From Chiloscyllium plagiosum (taxonomy: Eukaryota), in the NCBI RefSeq assembly GCF_004010195.1, contig NC_057718.1, positions 65,618,919-65,682,918 of the forward strand: DNA of 64,000 nucleotides. The letters run 5' to 3'. The notes below the pieces were generated by a model. The model ran no database searches, was not told where the DNA came from, and was given only the letters and a program-made list of their open reading frames with translations. The position numbers and the translations under genes were made by a program. This document shows, piece after piece, positions 24,870 through 39,073 of the stretch. Within the stretch, counting starts at the first letter, position 1. Every line of letters starts with the position of its first letter.

Positions 24870-27800
24870 CCTTCAATATGGGGTCTGCTCACAATATTCC
24901 AAATGCAGTCTGACTAGAACCTTATACAGCCTCTGCAGTACCTTTCTTCGCTTGTGCTTTAACTCTCTTGAAATGAATGTTAACATTGCATTTGACTTCC
25001 TAACTGCCAATTGAATATGCATGTTAACCATAAGAGAATCCTGAACTAGGGCTCCCAAGTCCACTTGTGCTTCAGATTTTCAAAGCCTATCCCCATTTAG
25101 AAAGTAGACTATGCCACTTTTGCTCCTGTTAAAGTGTATAACCTCACACTTTCCCACATTGTAGTCCATCTGCCACTTTGCCCACTCTCCAACCTGTCCA
25201 GATCCTTCTGTAGCCTCCCCACTTGCTCAACACTATCTATGCCTCCATCTTTGTGTCATCTACAGACTTAGTAACAATGCCCTCAGTTCCTTCGTCATGA
25301 ATAGATGTAGTCCCAACACTGATCCCTGCAGAACTCCACCAGTCACCAGATGCCATTCTGAAAAAGACCCCATTATCTCTACTCCCTGCCTTCTGCTAGT
25401 CAGCCAATCCTCTGTGTGCCAGAACCTTGCCCCTAACACCATGAGCTGTTATTTTATTTAGCAGCCTTTGTCACTTCCTTGAAATCCAAATAAATCACAT
25501 GCACTGGTTCTCCTTTGTCTAATTTGCTCATTGGTTCCTCAAAGAATTCTAATAGATTTGTCAGCCATAACCCTCCTTGATAAAGCACTACTGGCTCAGC
25601 TATTTTTATCATGCACTTCCAAGCATTCCACAATCTCATTCTTAATAACAGACTCTAAAGTCTTGTCGATGACCAAAGTCAGGCCTAAGGTTTCCTGTGT
25701 TCTGCCTCCCTTAAACATGAGTACTAGATCAGTCATTTTCCAGTCCTCTGGGGCCATCCCTGACTTGTGATTCTTGAAAGGCCACCACTAATACCTCTAC
25801 AATCTCCTCAACTACCTTCTTCAGAGGTAGTCCATCTAGTATGGGTGATACCTTTCCACTTCTCCAGCACCTTCTCCTTAGTAATAGCCACAGAATTACT
25901 CTCTGCCCCCCCCTCCTCCAAACCACCACTATTGCCCTTTGCTTTTTTTTTCAGTTATCCTCTGCTGGTTTTTAAAAGGCTTCTCAGGAATTCATGAAAC
26001 GTCACCACTTTGTATGCTTTTACTTTTATGCTGTCCCTCACTTGCCTTGTTGGGTATCAGTGCCTTGTGCTCCCCTTAATATTTCTTCCTTGGGATGATT
26101 GTGCTGTGCCTCCCGAATTACTTCCGCAACTCCAACCATTGCTGCTCTACCATCTTCCCTGCCAGTCTCCTGCTTCAAACAACTCTGGCCAGCTCCTCCC
26201 TCATGTCTTTAGAAATTACCTTTACTCAGTTGTAATATCGTTCTGTCTGATTCCAGCTTCTCCATCTCAAACTGCAGGGTGAACTCTACCATATTATGGT
26301 CACTGCTCCTTACTGGGTTCCTTTGTCTCAAATTCGCTCAACCACCAAATCCAGAATTACCTGTTCTCTGGTGTGTTCTACCAGAAGCTGCTCCAAAAAA
26401 AGTCTCGGGGGCATTCCATAAATTCATTTTCCTAAGATCTGATTTCACAAGTCCATTTGCATATTGAAGTCCCTTATGATTATTGTAATAATGCATTTCT
26501 TACATGTCTTTTCTATCTTTGTGAGAAGAATTTGTAGCTCTTGTTTTGTGTACTGCATATATTTAAGTACAACACCCTCTGCCCTGCATTGTTGTGGTTC
26601 TGTCTACTAAGGACCAACTATCCTTAGTAGCCACACACGCAGATGACAAGCAACATGAGTTCGACTGGGACAACACTACTATTTTAGGACAAGCCAAACA
26701 AAGAACAGCCAGGGAATTCCTAGAGACATGGCACTCATCCACAGATCCTATCAACAAACACATCGACCTGGACCCAATATATCGGTCACTGCAGCGGACA
26801 GCTGGAACTGACAACCGGAAGCGGCAGATACAAATCACTATAAATGCTGGAGGAAACATCACAGAAGCGCTTCACAGGAGGCTCCCAAGCACTGAGGATG
26901 TCACCTAGACAGGGGACGAAACGTCTGCAACACAAATTCCCAGCTCGGCGAACAGAACCACAACATGTCTTTTCTATGCCTGACTTCTTCCGTTCTCCAC
27001 ATCCTACCTACTGCTAGGAGGCTTGTATAGAGCTTTTTTTTCCCTTCTGTGGTTCCTCGTCACTCTCAGCGCAGGTTCTATATCTTCGGACTCCATATCC
27101 CTTGCTATTGATCTAATTTTGTTTCTTAGTGACAAGACAACCCCACCTTCTCTGCCCATCTGCCTGCCAGTTTCAGTCTGCAGTACAAGCTCATTCATCT
27201 TGTTTTGTGTACTGCATATATTTAAGTACAACACCCTCTGTCCTGCATTGACCACCACCCCTCATCTGTTGTGCCTGATGATGTTAGATTCCTGACCCTT
27301 TCCACACTCTGTTATTTGATGTGGCAACTTTCATAACCCCTCCTGAGTTCCCCCCACAATCCTCTTAAGTTTTTCCATACTTTTCCATGCAGGTTAGCCC
27401 CTATAAGCCCTATCTGCAGCTCTAGTTATTTGATTCACCAAGACTCTGGTCCCAGCATGACTCAAGTGGAGCCCATCCAATTGGAACAGCTCTCTCTTCC
27501 CAAGTACTGTCACATGAATTCAAACTTGTTTCTTCCACTGCAATCTTTGGGCCATATGTTTACCTCTTTAATCTTGTTGACCCTCAAATTAGGTCAGTGG
27601 TCAATTACTGGAGGGTACATAGATATTTCTCTCATGGTTCAGAGAGTAATCTGGAGCGTATTACCTTTTTTGGTTCTGCTTTATAATTTAGCCCCGAGCT
27701 GCTCATATTCCCTCAGCAGGACTTCTTTATTCTTTCTAATGTTATTGTTGGTGTCTGTGTGGACCATAACAACTAGATTTTTTTACCCTTGTACTCCAAG

Positions 27801-27910
27801 TTCCTCTGCAACCCAGATGAGGTACCCTGAACTGGGGCACCAGGCAGGTAACAAAGCCTTTGGGACTCTCTGTCCTGGCCACAGAACAGTGTCTGTTCCC
27901 TTACTATACT

Positions 27911-27942
<32 letters not shown>

Positions 27943-28370
27943 ATTATAATAACGTTTTTGTTTCTTTCCCCTCCTTTTGAATGGCTCTCTGTACCATGGT
28001 GCTCTGGTCAGTTTACTCATCCTCCCTCCAGCCTCCACACACATCCAGATAGGGAGCAAGAATCTCAAACCTGTTGGCTCGTTCCAGGGCTGAGATTTCT
28101 TCACTACCTCTTGGATCCCTCTACCTGCCTTGTTTGTGGTAATATCCTCCTATAACTAACAGCTGACCAAATTTGAGGTAGTTGATCTAGTGGGTGTGAC
28201 AGCCTCCTGGTCCAGGTAATTCTGCCCCTCCCTGCTCTGTGTTCAAAGCTTCAACTCCAGAGATCCTCAAGTGACCATTTGCTACAAATGTGCTCACTAT
28301 GCACCACAATGGGGTCCACCAGCTCCCATAACATTGGGTATAACACATTGCCCGAGTTGGCTTCTCTCTT
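24870..28370 (-). mobile_element. Long degraded CR1 LINE (ORF1 esterase region, endonuclease, RT); contains a Penelope insert and a C30 run at 27912-27941
   Basis: VRLHLEYC, GVLQGSVLG, LTNLLEFFEE..YLDF, LYLNICSTQNKMNEL (endonuclease start), LPGA ORF1-like motif near 27840. Confidence 0.8.
26592..26965 (+). mobile_element. Penelope-like 3' fragment (GIY-YIG C-terminus plus pseudo-LTR) with hammerhead motif at 26892-26925
   Basis: HEFDWDNTTILGQAKQRTAREFLETWHS..INKHIDLDPIY; terminal inverted repeat tgttgtggttctgt/acagaaccacaaca. Confidence 0.82.
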
Positions 28371-29057
28371 TTATTTATATTTGAAAATCAAATTTAGAAC
28401 TTTCATACTTTTAATCTGTAGCTTATAAATATTTCCTCTATTTGCCTTCAATCTGAAAGCAATCTGTTATAGCAGCTATCGCCAACCAATGAACTTAATT
28501 TACCTGGAATGTTACTCCTTAGTGCAGGGCCCCATTCATGATCATGGGCTTAAATTTATCCAGTTTAAATGAAAATCTGACAAACTACAAGTCAAAAATA
28601 ACCCAAAAAGTACCTCTTCCCCTCTGCACCAAATTTCCAAGCTGCCTCCAAATTCCCCAAACTGTATACTAGCTCGTGCTGTGTCTTCCTCTGGACAGGG
28701 ATCTGTCCTTCATGACAGTGTGAAGCTTACTGACCTTGATGAAGATTCCATTAGCATCTTGTGCTTGTTGGGGGTAAGGTTGCAGGTAACATGAAGAGAA
28801 GGTTGCAATACAGAAACAAAACTGGAAATTAGCTTTTTTTCATTCCAGAATAATGCTGAAAGAGTGAACTGTTTTGAGAGAAGAGAGCTGGACCCAATAG
28901 ATCTTTGTATGGTCTAGCCAGATTTTGTCATTTGTAGCTGAACCAGTTTTCAATAATAATCCATTCATCTGGATCTCTTGAACTGTAGTAGCTATGCCTC
29001 CTTGGGGGAATGGGGTGTGTGACAGGTCATTTGACTTATTGTTTCCGTACAATCAGC

Positions 29058-30035
29058 CCTAATGAAGGGTCCTGTCCGAAATGTCGGCTCTCCTCCTCCT
29101 CGGATGCTGCCTGACCTGCTGTGCTTTTTCCAGCTGGAAATGTGTTGCTGGAAAAACGCAGCAGGTCAGGCAGCATCCAGGGAACAGGAGAATCGACGTT
29201 TCGGGCATAAGCCCTTCTTCAGGAATGAGGAAAGTTGGTCCAGCAGGCTAAGATAAAAAGTAGGGAGGAGGGACTTGGGGGAGGGGCGTCGGAAATGTGA
29301 TAGGTGGAAAGAGGTCAAGGTGAGGGNNNNNNNNNNNNNNNNNNNNNNNNNNNNNNNNNNNNNNNNNNNNNNNNNNNNNNNNNNNNNNNNNNNNNNNNNN
29401 NNNNNNNNNNNNNNNNNNNNNNNNNNNNNNNNNNNNGGTTGGTTGGTCCGGGTGTCCTAGAGGTGTTCTCTGAAACGCTCCGCAAGTAGGCGGTCTGTCT
29501 CCCCAATATAGAGGAGGCCACATCGGGTGCAGAGGATGCAATAGATGATTGTGTGGAGGTGCAGGTGAATCTGTGGCGGATATGGGAGTTTCCTTTGGGG
29601 CCTTGGAGGGAGGTGAGAGGGGAGGTGTGGGCGGAAGTCTTGCACCTCCTGCGGTTGCAGGGGAAGGTGCGGGGAGTGGAGGTTGGGTTGGTGGGGGGTG
29701 TGGATCTGACGAGGGGGTCACGGAGGGAGTGGTCTTTACGGAATGCTGATAGGGGAGGGGAGGGAAATATATCCTTGGTGGTGGGGTCCGTTTGGAGGTG
29801 GCGGAAATGACGGCGGATGATACGTTGTACATGGAGATTGGTGGGGTGGTAGGTGAGGACCAGTGGGGTTCTGTCCTGGTGGCGGTTGGAGGGGCGGGGC
29901 TCAAGGGCGGAGGAGCGGGAAGTGGAAGAGATGCGGTGGAGGGCATCGTCGACCACGTCGGGGGGGAAATTGCGGTTTTTCCAGCGCCACACTTTATTGA
30001 CTTTGGCTCTCCGGCATCTGCAGTCCTCACTATCC
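29058..30035 (-). mobile_element. Penelope-like element (RT C-terminus, GIY-YIG, pseudo-LTR pieces); N gap 29327-29436
   Basis: RTPLVLTYHP, IIYCILCTRCGLLYIGETDRLLAERFREHL; intact hammerhead core on minus strand at 29195-29222; GC/CpG-rich, so probably young. Confidence 0.88.
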
Positions 30036-31044
30036 CCATCCCTGTAGTTCTGTAAGTTAATTTCTGCTCGAGTGTCCACCAATTTCCTTTCTAAATAATT
30101 TTATCATTTTTGCTGTTGCTGGCCTCCTGGGCAGTTCCTTGTTTTTGTACTCTCTCTGCCTCTGCTTATACATCCCATGTTCCTTGCCCACCATTGTAAC
30201 TGTGTCCTACCATCTTTATGCACACATGAGCCCCTCAGGTCTGTCTCTCCCTATGTACTGTTTAGAATAGTGCCATTTAAATGTCTTGCCTCTCCCTACA
30301 CACTTGTCAAAATACATGCCTGTCTATGTCCTGTTGCAAGTGATTCTTATCCTTCAAGTCTCAAAACTTACAGAATTTCACTTTGGGATCCTAGCAGCAG
30401 AGAATAGTGTCAATTCCCCTGGCTATACTACTTTCAATTACAACTACATTTCTCTCTTCTCCTCTCTCTTGAATGGCTCCCTGTACCAATATTTCAATAT
30501 TGAATCACTTTAGCATTAACCCAGCACTGAATCTTAAGAACAAATGTACTGACGTACAAGTTAGGAAAATCTTTAGAGATGCTGACATAAAATCCACATT
30601 GGAAGAACTAAATCCAATTTCACAGAAGTTGGATTCTATTCCAAGCTCAATGCTAAACATGAATGTTGGTCATTCTGTCACTGTGCTGTTGGAACAGACT
30701 CTGATGGATAAACTGATGGATATCATTGAAGCAATGATATTCAAATGATATTTTGAAAACAATGATTTCTTGAGTTTCTTTTGTGAAGTTAACCAACCAA
30801 GACTCATGTTTTAGCATGAAGCATCGGGATTGATGGAATTGAGGTACTTTTACTGATCTTTCCTGAAAATCTAAACTTACTCTATACGTGAGGGACACAG
30901 CAAGTAAGGGGTAGTGGTATGTATAAAATGTCTAATCAAGAGGAGAGAAAAAATGTGCAAGTAAAATTGCAGCAAACATTAAAACTTGTATAAATACGCT
31001 AAGAGAAAAAGATTCGTAAAGACAAATGCAGATATCTTGAAGTC

Positions 31045-32310
31045 ATTGAGTGATAGAGATATGCAGCACGGAAAGAGACCCTTTGATCCAACTCGTCCAT
31101 GCCGACCAGATATCCTAACCTAATCTAGTACCATTCAGTCCCAGCCTATTCAACCTCTCTCTATAGCTCAAATCGTCCACCCTGGCAACATCCTTGTAAA
31201 TCGTTTCTGAACCCTTTCAAGTTGCACCACCCTTCCAATAGGAAGGAGAGCAGAATTACATGCAGTATTCCAAAAGTAGCCTAACCAATGTCTTGTACAA
31301 CCACAACATAACCTCCTAATTTCTGTACTCAATACCCTGATCAATAAAAGAAAACATACCAAACACCGCCTTCACTATCTTATCTACCTGTGACTCCACT
31401 TTCAAGGAGCTATGAACCTGCACTCCATGGTCTCTTTGTTCAGCAATCCTCCCTAGGACCTTACCATGAAGTGTATAAGATTTGCTTTCCCAAAATGCAG
31501 CATCTCGCATTTATCTAAATTAAACTCCATTTACCACTTTTTAGTCCATTGGCCTATCTGATCAAGATCCTGTTGTAATCTGAGGTAACCTCCTTCACTG
31601 TCCACTACACCTCCAATTTTGGTGTCATCTGCAAACTTACTAACTATATACCTCTTATGCTTGCATCTAAATCATTGATATATATGTTGAAAAGTAGTGG
31701 ACCGAACATTGGTCCTTGTGGCATTCTACTGGTCAGAGGCCTCCAGTCTGAAAAACAACCCTCCACCATCACCCTCTGTCTTCTATCTTTGAGCCAGTTC
31801 AATATCCAAATGGCTAGTTGTCCCTGTATGAGATCTAACCTTGCTAATCAGTTTCCCATGGGGAACCTTGTTGAATGCCTTACTGAAGTCCATATAGATC
31901 ACATCTGCCGTTCTGCCCTCGTCAATCCTCGTAACAATCCTTGTTACTTCTTCAAAAAACTCAATCAAGATTGTGTGACATGACTTCCCACACACAAAGC
32001 CATGTTGACTATCCGTAATCAGTCCTTGCTTTTGCAAATACATGTGCATCCTCTCCCTCAGGATTCCCTCCAACAACGTACCCACCACCGACGCCCGGCT
32101 CACTGGTCGATAGTTCCCTGGCTTTTCCTTAGCACCTTTCTTAAACAGTAGCACCACTGTTAGCCAACCTCCAGTCTTCCGGCACCTCACCTGTGACTAT
32201 CGATTATAGAAATATCTATGCAAAAGGTCCAGCAATCATTTCCCTAACTTCCCACAGAGTTCTAAGTTACATCTGATCTAGTCCTGGGGAATTATCCACT
32301 TTTATGCGTT
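31045..32310 (-). mobile_element. CR1 LINE ORF2 (RT to 3' UTR)
   Basis: LFKKGAKEKPGNYRPVS, SQHGFV, YMDFSKAFNKVPHG, ERVQKRFTRMLPG. Confidence 0.92.
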
Positions 32311-32984
32311 TGGTTGAGCAATCTTTATTCTCAACTTCAGATGCTCATCAAATTCCCTTTTGAAAATCACAGTAGAATCTGGCTCCACTGTGTTATTAGT
32401 GCATTCCAGATCCTAACTGTTAGCATAATAACTATTTCCTTATTTCACCACATGGTTCCTTTGGCAATCATCTTAAATCTATATTCTCTGGCTCTCACTA
32501 TTCTTGGCAAAGACAACATTTTCGTGCACGCGCGCTCTCAATCGCACTCTCCTGAATCCCTCATAACTATAAATAATCTAATAGTATATCTTCTCTCTGA
32601 ACTCCAGTCTGTCATTGTAACTAAAGGCCTTTATTCTTGGTTGCAAAATTTTGTTTCATACCCTCCTGAAGTTCCATAACTGGAATTGGACACACTGCTC
32701 CCAATTGAAGCTGAACCCCTGTTTTATGAAGGTTCGTTGTAACTTGTTTACTTTTGTACTTTGTTTCGATTTGTAAAGAGCAGGATCTGGGAAGCCTTTT
32801 CCTCCCCTTTCTCAAAATGGCTCATGACATTCGATGATTTATGGACTTTATACCCTCAGTTCCTACACCCTTTTTAATTGCTTATCTCATTCTTTCTTCC
32901 AAAATAGTTCATTTCAAACTACTCTTCATGAATTTCAGTTAATTTTCTAATTATTAATCAGACTTGTCAGGCAAGATCTATAAA

Positions 32985-33230
32985 TTTTAAATTCATACGG
33001 AGTCTCATGTTCAAGAATTGCTTCTTCCCCACTGCTATCAGACTTTTGAACGAACCTCGCGTGTATTAAAGTTGATAATTCTCTACATCTTCTCTGTAGC
33101 TGTGTCACTATATTCTGCATTCTGTTTTATTATCTTGATGTACTTGTGGTATGATTTATATGGATAGCATCCAAAAAAGGCTTTTCACTATATCTCTGAA
33201 CGTGTGACAAGAGTAAAATAAAATTAAATA
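32985..33230 (+). mobile_element. Rex1/Babar-type LINE extreme 3' end
   Basis: FKNCFFPTAIRLLN followed by a 3' UTR resembling 2230-2400. Confidence 0.65.
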
Positions 33231-36200
33231 TAATCTAAGCTTCAAAAAAAGTGTTCAGTTGCCCATCCTTAATTATTGACCCTTGCATTTTCTAATGACA
33301 AATGCCAACTCTTAATTTCCTCTATCGCCTTCCTTTAAATGCGATCTTGTGCAAAATTTTCCAATCTTAGGGAATACATCTTGAATCAAGTTAATTCTCT
33401 GAAAAATTGCAGATGCTGAAACTGCAATGTACTTAAACAACAGTTTCTAAAATCCTGCAAAGTGAGCCATCTGGTCCTGTTTAATTGTCATTCCTTAAGG
33501 CTGTTCGGACCTGTTATCTTCCTACTTAGATGTTGTTATGTCCATATCATTGGTTTAATAATGGTTTCTTTAAGATGTCAAGCATGCTAAACTAGTGTAA
33601 TTACTGAAGCAAAGTAATTACTCATCATGTCTGTCACTTCCTTTTTATCATTGACAACATCACCATATCTAATTTCAAGGGCCTGCATTGTTTCTAACAA
33701 CCCTTTTTTTTTCTATCTCGTAAATATGAAAGAGTCTTTGTGTAGATTATGATATCCCTTACAAAGCCTTTTCATATTCCCTTTTATAGCTTTTACTGTC
33801 TGTTTTGTTGCTTTTTTCATTGATTATTTGCCAAGATTTCTACTGCTTTTGATTTGTTTTATGTTGTTTCTTGTGTCTTTAGTTATCCATGGCTGTCTTT
33901 TTTTGGCAAGTAGAACTGTTGCTCTTTAGAGGTATAGACTGTGTCACATTAAATTCTTCCCACTTGTTGGTTTACCTATTAATAGATTTGTTTAGTTTAT
34001 GGTGAGTAGTTCCTGCTTCATGCACTGAGGTTTCTGTGATTTGTCATTCTCTCTTGCCTGAGCTGCCCCTTTTGTTGCACTGTCGGTCATTCCACTTGAT
34101 TTGACGCTGGACCTTTGTGACCAAAATCTGGAGCAATATTCCAGATGCTGCCTCATTGTTTTTAAGTATCTGATTGGCCTGGATATTCTGATGGTCAGAT
34201 GATCATTTCTGAAGTATTGGTGGGTGTTGCACATGTGACCCAGCAGAATCCCCAAGCAACAGACTGTGAAGGAACTGCCTGGAAATTGAAGATTCCATTG
34301 GGCAATTCTTCTACCTCTGGAACCTATAATGTATTCCATTTAGGTTTGGGAACTACTCCGGAAATTACTCAGGAAAGACTTGGGTATTAAATACCTGGTC
34401 TAACTAGAGTATGTATTCAACTGATCTGGCACCTACCCGAGACGCCCCTAGACTACCCCAGTCTTACACCCTGATCTTATATCCCTAATACCATTTAACC
34501 CTAACTGAACCAACTCTAAGCAGCCTATCGCTTATTGCTGACCCTTTCAGTTTCAGAATACAAAACTCACTACTGTGAAAATGGTTATGGTTTGCCTTTC
34601 CCCAATTTGTCCTGCTCCAGAGACACTTGTCAGAACGAAGGCACAACTCAGTGTTTGTGAACGAACCCGGAATAGAATCTCCTGTCAGAAAATATGTATC
34701 CTTTGTAGTGTGGGGGAAAGAAAGCAGCAGAGTAGCAACCTGCATGTCATTGCCACTCTTCAGAAGATCTAGCCTGTCATCTCCAACTCTCCCTGTAGCT
34801 CAATGGCCCTGGGCTAGAGAGATCCAGGATGGAAGATATCTACTGCAATTGTTTCCTCTACACATTCTTACAGTCCACAAACCCCTACATACTGCAATCC
34901 ACGTACATAGCCTAATCTGCCATAGCTTTGACTATAATGTTCAGGACTAGTATTTAATTTGGGTTTTTTTTTAGTACACACTACTTTGCACAATGCATTG
35001 GACAAAAATGTTTGAATATTTACTACCTAAAGCTCCTGAAGATTTATGAAAAAGAGCAGAATCTTTTTTTGTCCTGCACACCAGATGCCTGACTGCATTG
35101 TTCACATCAGACTGTCTCCATGAGCATTGTCTGTAACAACAGATGCTGTTTACTTCAATGAATGTTTGAGCGTCATTGAAGTTCCAGCTGCTAGCTCAGC
35201 TTCCTGTTCAAAGTAATTAGCACCTATATTTTATAACTGGCAGTTAACTATTATTGATCAGCATTTTCTGTTAACTAGGTAACTTGACTGTAATTTAGTT
35301 TAGCGTTTAAAGCTATGTCAAATTTTACAAGTTATTGCTTGCGTGTGCAAACACTTTTTTTTAATGATTCATTCAGAATGTGGACTTTGTTAGGCTAGCA
35401 TTTATTGCATGTCCCACATTGTTCTAGAGCGTGGCAGTGAGTTGCTGCCTTGAATGTTTGAGGATGTTGAGCTAATCAAGTGGACCGCTATTGTCCTGGA
35501 TGGTGTCAAGCTTCTTGACTGTTGTTAGAGCTGCATTCAGTCAGGCAAGTGAGGAGCATTCCATCAGACTCCTGACATATGCCTTGAAAATGCCAAACAG
35601 TTTGGGGAACAGTGTGTGTGATTCACTTGGGGGTGGGGAGATGATGTGATGTGGTAAAAGCAAAACTTTTTAAGTTTCACACATCCCTAATGTCAGGGTA
35701 GTGCAGAGTTTTACAAACGTTAGCCCAACATTCTTCAATAGAGTCATAGAGTTGTACAGTATGGAAACAGACCCTTCCGTCCCCCGATCCCCAATCCTGA
35801 CCCATGTCCCTCCAACCCTTTATTACAGCAATTTTACATTTTCATTTCTTTGTACTGTTGCAGGGAATAAACATCTGTCTTTCACAGGCATCTTTGTATT
35901 CACAACTAAAACAACTATTTGACAAATCCTATTGTTTTATTTCATTTGCAAGCCTTTGTCAAAATATAACTGCAAAATTCTTTTCAATTGCTGATTAAGC
36001 TTATTCCTATGGATGGAAGAACTTTTGTGTTGCAGTGGTAGTTCTGACTTTCTGTTGACTCGACTACTTGTACCTTTTTGTGTGATGATTCCTGCCCAGA
36101 TGTTCTTGCTGAGCCAGGAATGTTTTTTTGCTCTTAATGGCAGAATTTGAAACCATATGCAGGTTTTGATGTAACTGATCTCTCTGTTGGGTTGTTGGCT

Positions 36201-37279
36201 GGGAGAAAAGACTGTAACCTGGTATCATTGAAGCAAAAACTCACTTCTTTTAAAGCTTCACGTTGCAATGATGACTAGTTTGTTAACAGGATAATACATT
36301 CTGTGCTGTATGTTAAACAATTGATTTAAAATAGTTTGCCATCTTCAGGTTTTCTAATTAGACAAATATACTGTACTGCTTTTAATTTTAATAGTTTGTT
36401 AAATGTGTTTCATTTTAAATATTTTTAATTTTTAGTATTCTTCAAACTTCTGGAATTTTTGGTTGAAAGAGAATGAACTTGATGCTTAATCTATTTGTCT
36501 TACAAAGAAAGAAATACGTACCTACTTGATTTTTGACTATTCGCATTTGTTTTGATTCCAGAAGATAATATCCATTTTTACAAAATAAGGTTCTTAAAAT
36601 GGTGGCAATGAGCACAAACCTTGTATTTTTAGCACCGGAGCACTTCATCCAATTGTAGGACCACTACCATCATCCAGCTGAGATCATTTAAATAGAACAA
36701 GCTGGGAATGAACCAGGGAGCACTCTGTCCATATGGTTCAAAATTACTCTTTGCCATTTGTCTGAATGCTAGAACCCACTCCTTTTTTTAAAAAAAATGC
36801 AGATGGTTCAGGCCTTTTGAAGGGAGGTGGCGTAGGAGGGATGGATTGATCCTGATGCCAGGTCTCAGTGACATCATAGTAATCTTACATCTTACTGCAA
36901 AAATAGCACTTGGAAGAAATAAGATGTAGCTAGGCCTGTCTCTGTCTCTGTCTCTGTCTGGGTCTGCCAATTCTTCCCTCTATATTACAGTTGGACAGCT
37001 TTTGTGCAACCAGCTGACTTGACATTAAAATGTTGCTGAAGCTGTCTATGGGAATTGGAGTTAAGTATCTGTTTGTGTTGTCACATTTGCTTAAAGTTTG
37101 AAATTTTAACAACGCTATTCAGTTTTGGAATTGAACATTTGTAAAGGCTGTTTGGTTACATGAGTCCAGAATGACATGACTTAGAAATTATTATTGGAGA
37201 GAAAAATTTGTCTTCTATCAATCAAACAAAAATGCCTGTTCGGTACCCAGTGGCTTGACATGTTTGGCATTAATCGGAT

Positions 37280-37650
37280 AAACTCAGAATTTTCTATCAC
37301 CTGGTTAGTTTGCCATTACACACTACCTATTGTTATCTACCAACAGTCTCCATTAACAGCTATTCACCTTCCTAATCTGATCGTTATCCACTCCTTTCGT
37401 CTATCTAACTGTTCTCTCTCTTTGGGCTCTATACACACCTAGTATTTACTCCTCACCCCTCACCCCACCCTATCTCCTGCATGTAAACCAATATATTCCT
37501 AGCTACCATCAGTTCTGAGGAAGGGTACACCGGACCTGAAACATTAATTGCGATTTCTCTGCACAGATGCTGCCAGACCTGCTGAGCTTTTCCAGCAACT
37601 TCTGTTTTTGTTTCTGGTTTCCAGCATCCGCATTTTGTTCTGGTTTTCAT
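37280..37650 (+). mobile_element. Penelope-like pseudo-LTR with degenerate hammerhead motif at 37515-37545
   Basis: CTGAGGA-AGGGTACACCGGACCT-GAAACATT followed by the shared gatgctgcc..tccagca..tccagcatc segment. Confidence 0.6.
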
Positions 37651-37829
37651 CATCTGGTTAGCATCTGTTTGTCTGCAGAGCTGGCATATCCACATGTTAA
37701 TAATTGTGAAGAACTGAATTGAAAACTAGTTAAACTAAGGATAGAAGGGAGAATTGAGAATTCTAGCATGTTGAAAATGTGTGTAATTTTTGTGACCATA
37801 CCAAACACTCATTTGTTCATGGATGTTTG

Positions 37830-38950
37830 TTTCCTTTCCCTTCCCTATAACCGTGTGAAAGTACATCCAGAAACTACGAATCAATCAGTAGAATCTCCGT
37901 GATGGGGAAGCTTATAGAAACAACAATTTGGGACAAAATCATTCATTGCATGGATAAATGCCAGCTAATTGTTCAACTAACTAATTTGAATGTTTTGAAG
38001 AGGTGGTAGGGTGGATGAGGGCAGTGTAGTTAATGTGTATGTGGAATTCCAAAAGGTAATTTGGTCTTGTGCCACACAACAGACTTGTGAGCCACATTAA
38101 AGCACTTGGATAATAAGGTCAGGTAAAGCACAGTTTCTAAATTGATCTTTACAGACCAGAAGTTTGTGGATGATATGCAACATGAAAGCATTGTGAATAG
38201 TGAGGAGGATAATGTAGAATTTCTAAATGATGCAAATTGGTGACTTGGGGTATTTGAGTGAGAGATGTGATTCAATGTGGAGTAATTTGACGTGGTTCAT
38301 TTTGGGAGGAAGAGCATAGACAATAAAATATATAGAGGGTGCAATTCTGAAGGGATGATTTAGCAGATGAACCTGGGTCTATGTGTGCATTAATCATTAA
38401 AGGTGGCAGGACAGATTGATGGAACTGCTGGAAGCATGTAGTATCCTAGGCTTTATTATTTGAGTGTAGAGTACAAGAACAGGGAGATTATGCTGAATTC
38501 TTGCAGGATACTTATTTGACCTGAGGAGAAGTATAATATCTAGTTCCAGGGTGCTGCATTTTAGAAAGAATATGATGTAATCGAAGAGGATCATGAGAAT
38601 GAGGATTTTCAGTTATGAAGATAGATTGAAAAAGTTGAGACTTTTTTTTCTTGGAGGAAAGAAGGTTGCAAAGAGACTTGACTGAGGTATTAAAAATCAA
38701 GAGGGGTCTCGACAGATTGGCTGGAGAGAAACTTTTCTTATTTGTGCAAAGGTTGAAAATAATATGGTGCATATAAAAAAGTAATTGGTTAAAGAAGCAG
38801 AAGGACGTGAAGAAGATCTTTTCAAATAGGGTCTGAAATGCACAGCCTGAATGTGGAGTTAGGTTTAATTGGAAAATTCAGAAGGGAACTAGACTGTTTT
38901 CTGAAGGGGAAGAATTAAGGTCGCTCATTCAGAGAGCTGGCATAGTTATA
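37830..38950 (+). mobile_element. Old degraded CR1 LINE ending just upstream of the 38993 exon acceptor
   Basis: NYESIS (NYRPIS-like), TNL..FEEV, VVHFGR motifs. Confidence 0.7.
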
Positions 38951-38962
38951 ATAGCCATCTAA

Positions 38963-39073
<111 letters not shown>

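Noticed and set aside
27430..28155. 241-aa plus-strand ORF with poly-Pro
   Set aside because: Antisense to decayed CR1 ORF1; the prolines come from a C30 run
29248..30082. Long ORFs of 255-263 aa (also 57940..58581)
   Set aside because: Inflated by N gaps; they are Penelope or CR1 fragments
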